Below, one piece after another: positions 8,008-15,622 of a DNA stretch of 20,000 nucleotides. Position 1 is the first letter of the stretch. The number at the start of each line of letters is the position of its first letter. Under the pieces are notes generated by a model. That model was not told where the DNA came from. It was given only the letters and a program-made list of their open reading frames with translations, and made no database searches. Both the position numbers and the translations under genes were made by a program. Source of the DNA: an uncultured virus (IMG/VR IMGVR_UViG_3300010379_000002) (taxonomy: Duplodnaviria; Heunggongvirae; Uroviricota; Caudoviricetes); the IMG/VR virus record IMGVR_UViG_3300010379_000002; one strand, given 5' to 3'.

Positions 8008-8438
8008 CATGCTTATACGGTTTAAACATGCGAACACAATAGGTGGAATATGAAAGACGCGAAAGGACACGGCAGCGACGCGCACTCCGCAGGCGTTGAA
8101 CAAGTTGGTCAGCCAAAGACCTACCAATGGACTAAGGATGCGAACGGGGTGCATCATCTTGTTATGGGCAACGAGTCGCCTATCGCCTCAGTTTTCAAAG
8201 CGGGGAGCGAAAATCCGCCGCTGTCGAGCGGGCCAACACCAAAGGGCTATTATTACGGGCAGCTTCACAAGGACTTCAATACTGGCGGCTCGCGTGCCGG
8301 GAATTGGGGTCTGCTCGGTAGCGTACAGGCGGCAAAACGATGGGTTGAGACGAAAGCTGCGAACAGTTGGGACGCGCCTAACATTAGCAATCCTGCGCAC
8401 AAGCGGTAGGGATTGCATGTTGAAACCGGATAAGCATG
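8008..8438. mobile_element. non-autonomous gene cassette 2 (431 bp)
   Basis: 24-bp TIR with 2 mismatches (8008-8031 CATGCTTATACGGTTTAAACATGC / 8415-8438); 8-bp direct repeat AAATGAGA (8000-8007 / 8439-8446). Confidence 0.9.
8050..8409 (+). CDS. cassette 2 cargo, hypothetical protein (MKDAKGHGS N-terminus)
   Basis: AGGTGG RBS; 119 aa; fills the element. Confidence 0.75.
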   Translation: MKDAKGHGSDAHSAGVEQVGQPKTYQWTKDANGVHHLVMGNESPIASVFKAGSENPPLSSGPTPKGYYYGQLHKDFNTGGSRAGNWGLLGSVQAAKRWVETKAANSWDAPNISNPAHKR

Positions 8439-8440
8439 AA

Positions 8441-10765
8441 ATGAGAGCCGATCCGTATCAGGCGCGTGCGCGCGAACTTTGCAAAGCAGACGGCAAGGAC
8501 CCGGACAGCCGAGTCTATTCGTTTGTAGGCATCAATGTCGATCACGGGACTCACGTAGATCAAAAACGGGGGCGTCCGGCGTGGTGTGACTACCGCGATG
8601 CGGCGCGCGCCGAACACAACAAGCGTGAGACCGACGCACTCGCCGAGTCTATCGCGACCTTCCGGCCGCAGGAACTTAAATACCAGGATCGACCACTCAT
8701 GGTCATGGGTCAGGATCACGATCAATCGACGCGCGATCAGATGCGCAATTGCATGAAGGTCGGCAATGTGGTCGGCGGCGCACTTTGCGCAGACGGGCAC
8801 TTGGGTTATGCGCAGTCAGTCGGCGGCATCATCGCCTATGAGGATCAGATCAGCGTGTCCGGCGTCGGCTTCGACATCGCCTGTTTAGACGAGGAGACCG
8901 AGTTTCTTCATCGTGATGGGTGGACTCGAATGGACCAGTGGAGCGGTCAATATGTTGCTCAGTATGACCCATACAGCGGATGTGCGTCTTTCGTGCAACC
9001 GGATGAATATATTGTGCGACCCGCCGAGCGTTTCCTGCATTTCAAGACGAAGTTTGGCATAGATCAGATGCTTACGCCGGATCATAGAATGCTAGTTTAT
9101 GCTCCCGGACCTAAGCGTGAGTTTGCTCAAGGTCGAGTTGTCATAGCGCAGGATTTTGCGGATCATCATAATAGTCTTGTTCTCGGCGTTGATGACCGGA
9201 TCAATACCATATTTGAAATACATCACCATGGCGAGGTTGCTTACACGGACGAGGAACTTGCGGTTATCGTAATGACCTGCGCGGACGCTTATCTTGAGCA
9301 TCGTGAGGGTCGAGGTATCGGAACCGCGATACTATCTCTTAAGAAAGATCGCAAGATACGACGTGCTCGACAGTTGTTGAACCTCGCGGGGGTGCCGTTC
9401 AGCGAGAGTGGCCCTAATAAGTTAGGCTACACGACATTTCGGTATATGGCATTTCCGGTCGGCAAGAAGTTGTGGGAGTTGTGGGGAGCCAGTCCTCGTC
9501 AGTTGCGGGTCATAGCTGACGAGGTTTTGTTGTGGGACGGTAATCTCGATGCGCAATGCTTCTACACCCGCGTTAAAGGGAGTGCGGATTTTATTCACTA
9601 CGCCTTTGCTGCGACCGGGCGGCGATCTGTCATGCGTCAGGATGGTGTCGATTATCGTGTCTTTGCTCAACCGAATACCAAGGTCGGGCTTAAAGCTACG
9701 CCGCACAAAGCGATTAAAGAAGTCGCGGCGACGCCCGGACAAAAAGCATTTTGCTTTCGGGTTCCAACAGGGTTCTTTGTAATCCGGCGAGGCGGTCAGA
9801 TCGCGGTCACCGGCAACTGCGGTAACATGGCAGTGCGGCTTGCTATGCCGTACTCAGTTGTCAAGGATCGGGTGTCCGATCTTACTCGGGAAATTGCAAA
9901 CACGATTTCATTCGGTGTCGGTCGCACCAATGACGAGCGCGTAGAGCATGAACTGTTTGACGACGCCGAGGCTTGGTATAAAGCCGACCGTGAGGACTTC
10001 AAAGGGAAGGCTCATGCGCAGCTTGGGACGGTCGGCGGCGGCAATCACTATGTTGACTTGTTCGAGGACGAGGCTGGTCTCGTGTGGATCGGTGTTCACT
10101 TCGGTTCGCGCAGTCTCGGGCATTCGTCCGCGAAGAAGTACATCGAAGCAGCCGGCGGCAAGGACGGCATCCACGTTCCGCCGACTGTGCTCGACCTAAA
10201 CAGCGAGCTAGGTCAACGATACCTAGCAGCCATGAGCCTTGCTGGCCGCTACGCTTATGCCGGTCGCGAATGGGTCGTCGAGCGCGTGCGCAAGATACTC
10301 GGCGGTCCCGCTGTGGTCGATACAGTGCACAACCATCACAACTATGCTTGGCTTGAGGAACACAACGGTCGCGCACTGTGGGTCGTGCGCAAGGGCGCGA
10401 CGCCCGCGTTCCCTGGACAGCGTGGCTTCGTCGGCGGCTCAATGGGCGACAACGCAGTGATTATCGAGGGCGCCGATAGCAACTACTCGCGAGCGATGTA
10501 CTTCTCGACGATCCACGGCGCCGGTCGGCTGTTTGGCCGAAAGGAAGCGAAGCGCCGCTTCGCGCGTCCCGAAATGGATGCATGGCTCCGTGACAAGGGC
10601 GTGTTTCTCGTCGGCGGCGACCTGGATGAGTCGCCGATGGCATACCGCCGTCTGCCTGATGTGCTCTCGGAGCACGTCGGTACGATCAGAGTGCTTCACA
10701 CCTTGCGACCATTCTCGGTCGTGATGGCTGGCGAAGGTGAGTACGATCCATACAAGGAAGGATGA
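8441..10765 (+). CDS. rtcB: RtcB RNA ligase with intein (alternative in-frame start 8417 inside the TIR)
   Basis: ADGHLGY, VGFDIA|CG, GTVGGGNHY, VHFGSR, HNHHNY, RKGATPA, STIHGAGR (His-GMP motif), DESPMAYR. Confidence 0.95.
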   Translation: MRADPYQARARELCKADGKDPDSRVYSFVGINVDHGTHVDQKRGRPAWCDYRDAARAEHNKRETDALAESIATFRPQELKYQDRPLMVMGQDHDQSTRDQMRNCMKVGNVVGGALCADGHLGYAQSVGGIIAYEDQISVSGVGFDIACLDEETEFLHRDGWTRMDQWSGQYVAQYDPYSGCASFVQPDEYIVRPAERFLHFKTKFGIDQMLTPDHRMLVYAPGPKREFAQGRVVIAQDFADHHNSLVLGVDDRINTIFEIHHHGEVAYTDEELAVIVMTCADAYLEHREGRGIGTAILSLKKDRKIRRARQLLNLAGVPFSESGPNKLGYTTFRYMAFPVGKKLWELWGASPRQLRVIADEVLLWDGNLDAQCFYTRVKGSADFIHYAFAATGRRSVMRQDGVDYRVFAQPNTKVGLKATPHKAIKEVAATPGQKAFCFRVPTGFFVIRRGGQIAVTGNCGNMAVRLAMPYSVVKDRVSDLTREIANTISFGVGRTNDERVEHELFDDAEAWYKADREDFKGKAHAQLGTVGGGNHYVDLFEDEAGLVWIGVHFGSRSLGHSSAKKYIEAAGGKDGIHVPPTVLDLNSELGQRYLAAMSLAGRYAYAGREWVVERVRKILGGPAVVDTVHNHHNYAWLEEHNGRALWVVRKGATPAFPGQRGFVGGSMGDNAVIIEGADSNYSRAMYFSTIHGAGRLFGRKEAKRRFARPEMDAWLRDKGVFLVGGDLDESPMAYRRLPDVLSEHVGTIRVLHTLRPFSVVMAGEGEYDPYKEG
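8882..9817 (+). mobile_element. intein in RtcB (312 aa) with probably degenerate LAGLIDADG endonuclease
   Basis: Starts CLDEETEFL; block B LTPDHRM; block C-like LAVIVMTCADA; block E-like EVLLWDG; ends FCFRVPTGFFVIRRGGQIAVTGN|C. Confidence 0.92.
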
Positions 10766-11091
10766 CAACGATGTTTTTGAAGATTATGTCGGGCGAGAAT
10801 GCACCTGACGGTGATACTCGCAAAACGTTTCGGATTCTCGACGACGTGACCGCAGCGGACTTTCGACGCGACTCGGATGGAAAGCCACACGTGGCGGTTA
10901 CGTTCCGCGACAAGCCCGGAGTTCCGCCGATAACGGAGACTTTCGATCCGAGCGGTAACTGCTACCTCTTGAACGATGGCGGTGACACCGTTGCCGCATT
11001 CGGGGTCTCGCCCTATGTGCCCCACAAGGGCGAGCGGGGGCAGACTGGTAAGATGGTTCCCGCTGGCGGCGCCAAAGAGACCGGTCTCTAA
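10762..11091 (+). CDS. hypothetical protein coupled to rtcB
   Basis: ATGA overlap; MFLKIMS...NCYLLNDGGDTV. Confidence 0.75.
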   Translation: MTTMFLKIMSGENAPDGDTRKTFRILDDVTAADFRRDSDGKPHVAVTFRDKPGVPPITETFDPSGNCYLLNDGGDTVAAFGVSPYVPHKGERGQTGKMVPAGGAKETGL

Positions 11092-11095
11092 AACG

Positions 11096-11129
11096 TCACC
11101 CGGCGCGGTATAGATACCGCGTCGGGTGA
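11096..11129. terminator. long hairpin, possible terminator or processing site
   Basis: TCACCCGGCGCGGTAT-AG-ATACCGCGTCGGGTGA, 16 bp with one G-U; no U-tract on the + strand. Confidence 0.5.
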
Positions 11130-11244
11130 TACAAAACCTCGGCTATAATCCCTCATTCATCCGATGTTAACTATCATCGCAAGTTCCGCTAGGTCGGGAC
11201 CGGCGTCGGGGCTATATTCCTGGCATGAGAAACAGGAGTAGGAA

Positions 11245-11481
11245 ATGCGTCTCAACAAGTGGGTCTACTGGCACACTGAATGCGATCCGACCTGGGCGGA
11301 CATTGCCAACGCTACTGGTCGCAATTCTGCCGGCTTGGGCGACGATCCGCCCGAAGAAATCGTCGCGGTCGGCGTCGCAATGGCGCGGCGCGGTGTCAAC
11401 CCGTACCGTATCGAGGAACCATCAACCGTCGCCGACTGCGAAGCGCACTTCGGTCCGGAGTCCAGCCATGACGCGCGCTGA
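11245..11481 (+). CDS. hypothetical protein
   Basis: AGGAG RBS. Confidence 0.65.
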   Translation: MRLNKWVYWHTECDPTWADIANATGRNSAGLGDDPPEEIVAVGVAMARRGVNPYRIEEPSTVADCEAHFGPESSHDAR

Positions 11482-11707
11482 ACCGTCACTAGATCGTGAC
11501 GGCAAAGACGTGTGGTACGGTCAGTATTGCACCGGTCGTTTTTGGCACACGGTTCGCCATGACGACGGTCAGGCTGTCTGTTTCAACTCCGAGCAGGAGG
11601 CTACCGTTGCCGCGCGCAATGAGCGGTTGATCCACTTGCACACTTCGCCTCGGCGCGCTCGGGCCGACGTTGAGGCTGAGCATTTAGCGGTCCGCTACGC
11701 AGGATAA
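11468..11707 (+). CDS. hypothetical protein
   Basis: GGAG RBS; MTRAEPSLDRDG. Confidence 0.6.
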   Translation: MTRAEPSLDRDGKDVWYGQYCTGRFWHTVRHDDGQAVCFNSEQEATVAARNERLIHLHTSPRRARADVEAEHLAVRYAG

Positions 11708-11717
11708 CACTATGAAC

Positions 11718-12603
11718 CATGCTTATCCGGTTGTCACACACAAACGCTGAGAGCCACTAGATGTTGTGTCGATTATGGAGCCGAAAATGACCGCGCGTAA
11801 AATAGCCATTGAAAACGAAATCTTACGCGGCATCGTAGGATCGACTTCTCATGGCACGGCCATTGACGGACAGGATGACCGGGATGAAATGGGCGTCTTT
11901 ATCGAACCGCCGGAATATGTCTGCGGTCTGACGCCGCTCGATCATTACATCTATCGGGATAAGCCAGAGGGCGTTCGTAGTGCGGCGGGAGACCTTGACC
12001 TTACGATGTATAGCCTTCGTAAGTTTTGCCGCTTGGCAGAGCAGGGGAACCCGTCTGTGGTCATCCTACTGTGGCTCCCGGAACATATTGTCAGGACCGA
12101 ACTAGGTCGCGCTCTTCTCAAGATGCGTGAGGCATTTATCAGTCGCGACTCCGGTAATCGCTTCCTTGGCTATCTCGTCGCCCAAAAGATGAAGATGAAA
12201 GGCGAGCGGACGGCCACCACGAAACGACCAGAACTGATCGAGAAATACGGCTACGATACAAAATTCGCGATGCACGCTCTCCGGTTGGCGTTTGAAGGCA
12301 TCGAAATGTTAACGCATCGCCGAGTCACGTTGCCGGTAACCGAGCCAAATCTTTCGATCTTGCGCGGCGTTCGTACCGGACAGTATGAACTTGGCGATGT
12401 ATTTGGGATGATCGACCGCGCGGAAGCACAACTTCGCGAGCTATTGAAGGATTGCAACTGGAAAACTGATCGCGCTCGGATCAACGCTTTCATGGTTAAG
12501 GCGCACCAAATCCACTGGCAATCCCGGTTTAGTAGACGTGGGTTTGGCCACCGCAGCCAGGGCCACAAGATGTAGGACTGTGTGTGACAACCGAATAAGC
12601 ATG
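11718..12603. mobile_element. non-autonomous gene cassette 3 (886 bp)
   Basis: 25-bp TIR with 1 mismatch (11718-11742 CATGCTTATCCGGTTGTCACACACA / 12579-12603); 8-bp direct repeat CTATGAAC (11710-11717 / 12604-12611). Confidence 0.92.
11787..12575 (+). CDS. cassette 3 cargo, Pol-beta superfamily nucleotidyltransferase (RlaP/Nuc-transf-like)
   Basis: VGSTSHG...DDRDEMGVF (GS...DxD), YSLRKF, GNPS, RPELIEKYGYDTKFAMHALRL; GGAG RBS at 11777. Confidence 0.88.
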   Translation: MTARKIAIENEILRGIVGSTSHGTAIDGQDDRDEMGVFIEPPEYVCGLTPLDHYIYRDKPEGVRSAAGDLDLTMYSLRKFCRLAEQGNPSVVILLWLPEHIVRTELGRALLKMREAFISRDSGNRFLGYLVAQKMKMKGERTATTKRPELIEKYGYDTKFAMHALRLAFEGIEMLTHRRVTLPVTEPNLSILRGVRTGQYELGDVFGMIDRAEAQLRELLKDCNWKTDRARINAFMVKAHQIHWQSRFSRRGFGHRSQGHKM

Positions 12604-12605
12604 CT

Positions 12606-12857
12606 ATGAACAGCGCGAAAAACTACATCGTCATTTGCCGTGCGGACACCGCGCCTGACGGCACCAAAGGCGAGTATGTTTGTGCCACGCATCGGCTGTT
12701 CGATGCCGAACAAGCCGCCGCCTACGCCATGACGGTCGCGCGCTCGCGCGAACCACGCATCGTGACCACCGCTGAATATCTGCAAGTCTGTGAACGCTTC
12801 CGCGAAAACGATTCGTTGCGCAGGCAGCTAGTAGATGTGGAGGTTCCTCTTGGGTGA
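12606..12857 (+). CDS. hypothetical protein; its ATG lies in the cassette 3 TSD
   Basis: ORF track; ATG within CTATGAAC. Confidence 0.65.
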   Translation: MNSAKNYIVICRADTAPDGTKGEYVCATHRLFDAEQAAAYAMTVARSREPRIVTTAEYLQVCERFRENDSLRRQLVDVEVPLG

Positions 12858-13068
12858 AGTTGTCCCGTTCCGACCGAAGCAGTTTGCTCCGTCAGTGCCG
12901 CCGCGAGTCTATGACACCGGTCCGCTGACGTGTGATGAGCTTTTGCGTGTCGAGGAACTTCTGCTTCGACCGCTTCCAACAGTATTCACGAACGGCAGCG
13001 CGTCGGACGAACCGATGCTACCGTGCCCGCTCACCGACGTTTCGTGGCTAGAGGATGATGTGTCATGA
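12850..13068 (+). CDS. hypothetical protein
   Basis: GGAGG RBS, TTG start, MGEVVPFRPK. Confidence 0.55.
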   Translation: MGEVVPFRPKQFAPSVPPRVYDTGPLTCDELLRVEELLLRPLPTVFTNGSASDEPMLPCPLTDVSWLEDDVS

Positions 13069-13364
13069 AGGACCCCGCATTTGAGTGTCACGACTGTCAC
13101 GCAGATACGTTCGCAGGTATGGAATACTACATGGTTGAGCACGATGTTTGGGCGAAAGCGAGTGCGGCGAAGCCGAAGAAGCACGGAATGCTTTGCATCG
13201 GGTGCCTCGAAAGTAGACTCGGACGACAACTCACACCGGCCGATTTCCCGACGCGCATTCCGCTCAATCATATGATCGCCTTCGATCCGCGCACGAGTGA
13301 CCGGTTATTGTCTCGGCTGCACGGCATCCCCGAGGCTGACGTGCGAAAGGCAGTTATCAGATGA
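13065..13364 (+). CDS. phage hypothetical protein with two CxxC motifs
   Basis: CHDC...EYYMV...VW...LCIGCLESRLGRQLTPADF. Confidence 0.75.
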   Translation: MKDPAFECHDCHADTFAGMEYYMVEHDVWAKASAAKPKKHGMLCIGCLESRLGRQLTPADFPTRIPLNHMIAFDPRTSDRLLSRLHGIPEADVRKAVIR

Positions 13365-13555
13365 ACCAGTCCCGCTTTCCCTGCCGTGAATGCGGCAAAG
13401 TTAAGGTCAAAGACGAGCGCACGCGCGCCGTCAAAGGTGGTTTCGTCTGCGGCGAGTGCACGCTGTTCCCCTATATGGATTTCACACACGCCGCGCGCGA
13501 ACCCGATCAAAGCTCTACAGGAAGCAACCGAACGGTTAACCAAGGACAAAACTAA
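13361..13555 (+). CDS. small Zn-ribbon-like protein
   Basis: CREC...CGEC; ATGA overlap. Confidence 0.55.
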   Translation: MNQSRFPCRECGKVKVKDERTRAVKGGFVCGECTLFPYMDFTHAAREPDQSSTGSNRTVNQGQN

Positions 13556-13558
13556 CCC

Positions 13559-13587
13559 TTGACCAGTCCGGGGCTTTGGACGACACT
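13559..13587 (+). promoter_or_regulatory. possible sigma70-like promoter
   Basis: TTGACC-N17-GACACT upstream of an AGGAGG RBS. Confidence 0.4.
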
Positions 13588-13616
13588 CAGGATCATCACT
13601 TTAGGAGGACGACGAC

Positions 13617-13820
13617 ATGAGAAAACTTCACCACACCGATCCCAAGTCTCTCGGACTTCTCAATGCCCGAGTGGCTGACGAACAAGCCCTTGCCTACGCG
13701 CAATCGAAGCGCAACGCCGCCGAGTGGGGGCGCCGGGCAGTTCAGGCTATTGAACGCGAGGACTATGCGTTGGCTGTAAATCTGGCGGCTCAGGCTAATC
13801 TTGAGTTAAAGCGCGCGTGA
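13617..13820 (+). CDS. hypothetical protein
   Basis: Strong AGGAGG RBS. Confidence 0.7.
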   Translation: MRKLHHTDPKSLGLLNARVADEQALAYAQSKRNAAEWGRRAVQAIEREDYALAVNLAAQANLELKRA

Positions 13821-13832
13821 GGTAGCGCGCTC

Positions 13833-13878
13833 GCGGCGAGCGCCCAATGCTCCGGGGGGCACTCGCCGCCTCCATTTT
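13833..13878 (+). terminator. GC-rich hairpin, possible terminator/attenuator
   Basis: GCGGCGAGCGCCC (13833-13845) / GGGCACTCGCCGC (13857-13869), 12 of 13 bp, then CTCCATTTT. Confidence 0.45.
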
Positions 13879-13889
13879 AAGGGAGTGTC

Positions 13890-14261
13890 ATGAGAGTCAA
13901 AGAACTTAAAGCGGCGCTCAAAAACCGGGCTGTGGTACTGGCTATGATCGCGTACAAACTTCTTCGCGTGCGCAAAGACAAGTCGCTCGGGCCGCTGTTC
14001 ATCAATCGAAGTCAGCGTATCCCGGTCGGCAAATGGATCGCCGCCGAGCCGCATCGGACGCCCGGCTACGCCTTTCGGCCCGGCTGGCATTGTTGCTCGA
14101 AGCCGGTCGCGCCGCACTTGTCAAAGAAGGGTCGGCGGTGGTACAAGATCGAAATCGGCATGATGCACTATGAGGAGCATCGCCGACCGCAGAGCCAAGG
14201 TGGTCTGTGGTATGTCGCGGAATTTATGAAAGTGATCGGACCCCTGCATCATGTCGTATGA
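13890..14261 (+). CDS. phage hypothetical protein
   Basis: GGGAG RBS; YKLLRVRKDKSLGPLFINR...GYAFRPGWHCC...APHLS...QGGLWY. Confidence 0.75.
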   Translation: MRVKELKAALKNRAVVLAMIAYKLLRVRKDKSLGPLFINRSQRIPVGKWIAAEPHRTPGYAFRPGWHCCSKPVAPHLSKKGRRWYKIEIGMMHYEEHRRPQSQGGLWYVAEFMKVIGPLHHVV

Positions 14262-14727
14262 GTACCACGGCGAAGCTCGGCGCGGGCACTACACCGCCGA
14301 ATATGAGATTTGGCGGGCGATGAAAGGGCGGTGCTATAACCCGAACAACATTTCATTCCCCCGCTACGGTGCGCGGGGCGTAAAAGTTTGTCGGCGGTGG
14401 TGTCGGTCATTTACCGCGTTCTTAACTGACGTGGGGCGGCGTCCGTCGTCTCGGCACTCTCTTGACCGCTGGCCGGACAAACACGGCAACTATGAGCCGA
14501 ACAATTGCCGATGGGCGACTCGACGTGAACAGGGCGCGAATACTCGCAGCAACAGATTGATTTCTTTCGGCGGCCGAACTCAGCATTTAGAAGATTGGGC
14601 GCGCGAGCTAGGAGTGAAGCACAGTATACTTTTCGAGCGAATAGAAAAGTGGCCGCTCCGCAAGGCACTCACGACACCAAAACGAAATCCGAATGATGGG
14701 TGGACCGGCTATAGGAGGGCGGCATGA
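14251..14727 (+). CDS. HNH-type phage homing endonuclease
   Basis: EYEIWRAMKGRCYNP...YGARGVKVC..W...SLDR...GNYEPNNCRWAT..EQ..N. Confidence 0.85.
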   Translation: MSYEYHGEARRGHYTAEYEIWRAMKGRCYNPNNISFPRYGARGVKVCRRWCRSFTAFLTDVGRRPSSRHSLDRWPDKHGNYEPNNCRWATRREQGANTRSNRLISFGGRTQHLEDWARELGVKHSILFERIEKWPLRKALTTPKRNPNDGWTGYRRAA

Positions 14728-15134
14728 AGCGCCCCGAAGGGCTGAGCAAACGAGACCTACTTGTGGGGGTTCTGGCCGGTGGCGCCGTCTCGGCCGACAT
14801 CCACCCGGCGCTCGACATCGCCGCGACCGCGTGCGAGCCGCTATTCGAGGATTACATCCCGGACATGCGGCGCTGGTATCCGATCATTGATCCGGCACAC
14901 GCCCGCGCCGCCATCGCCTACGCCGGTCGCGCTTTCCACCACGGCGCGCTCACGCCGGAGGAGTATGATTGGATTTGTGACAAGGCGCGCAAAGCAATCA
15001 TCCACGGCAAGCCGTCACGTAACTTCGCGCTCGCCGACTTTCCAGGTCGTCTCGGAGCGGGAAAAGTTCGAGAGATTGGTACAGGGCAAGAGGTAGTCAT
15101 AGTAGGAGAGGGCGATGATCCGCAAGCTGCATAA
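14724..15134 (+). CDS. hypothetical protein
   Basis: AGGAGG RBS, ATGA overlap; YPIIDPAHARAAIAY motif. Confidence 0.65.
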   Translation: MKRPEGLSKRDLLVGVLAGGAVSADIHPALDIAATACEPLFEDYIPDMRRWYPIIDPAHARAAIAYAGRAFHHGALTPEEYDWICDKARKAIIHGKPSRNFALADFPGRLGAGKVREIGTGQEVVIVGEGDDPQAA

Positions 15135-15438
15135 ACGCAAGACTCATACCGGTCTGACAAGAGAACAGTTGGTCAATGAGATTTACAGGCTAAACGATGA
15201 AATCGAGAAGGCGGCCAAATCACCAGCCGTCATCGTGCCACCGCTGCGCGCGGTCGAGTGGAACCTCGAAGCCGCCGCCCGCGTTGGCTATGAGGGCTTC
15301 TTGCGGCTTGCTACGAAAGACCGGGACTTAAACAAAGATGCCCGTGTCGTGGGATGGGAGAAGCTCGATCCGGACATCCGCGCGAACTGGAAAATACTCG
15401 CGCGAGAGGTTATCACCGCCGCCCTTAAACCCACTTGA
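15115..15438 (+). CDS. hypothetical protein
   Basis: AGGAG RBS. Confidence 0.65.
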   Translation: MIRKLHKRKTHTGLTREQLVNEIYRLNDEIEKAAKSPAVIVPPLRAVEWNLEAAARVGYEGFLRLATKDRDLNKDARVVGWEKLDPDIRANWKILAREVITAALKPT

Positions 15439-15464
15439 CGCGCGACCCGTTGAGTGCATAAGAT
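15435..15464 (+). promoter_or_regulatory. sigma70-like promoter
   Basis: TTGACG-N18-TAAGAT. Confidence 0.5.
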
Positions 15465-15484
15465 GCGACAGTGGAGTTCGGAAA

Positions 15485-15622
15485 ATGAGTGAAGGTCGCA
15501 AGATGATTTTGGTCGGCGTGGCGTTCTTGACGCTGCTCGCCGCCGTTACTTTTCTCGGTTTCGCATTCCAGGGAGTCTCCCTTCAACCGCACTACTACAC
15601 ACGAGCGGGGGACCCGATATGA
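15485..15622 (+). CDS. small membrane protein
   Basis: GGAG RBS; ILVGVAFLTLLAAVTFLGFAF. Confidence 0.55.
   Translation: MSEGRKMILVGVAFLTLLAAVTFLGFAFQGVSLQPHYYTRAGDPI

Noticed and set aside
8096..8416. 889-aa RtcB as called in the ORF track
   Set aside because: The extension overlaps the cassette 2 cargo in another frame; the empty-site reconstruction places the ancestral ATG at 8441.
10252..10265. TIR-like ACGCTTATGCCGGT inside rtcB
   Set aside because: Partial match in coding sequence with no partner repeat or duplication.
5983..12603. TIR motif as a repressor operator (it is a quasi-palindrome centred on CCGG) or as CRISPR repeats
   Set aside because: Copies occur as inverted pairs with pair-specific inner sequence and exact 8-bp flanking duplications, one inside a gene; there are no regularly spaced direct repeats.
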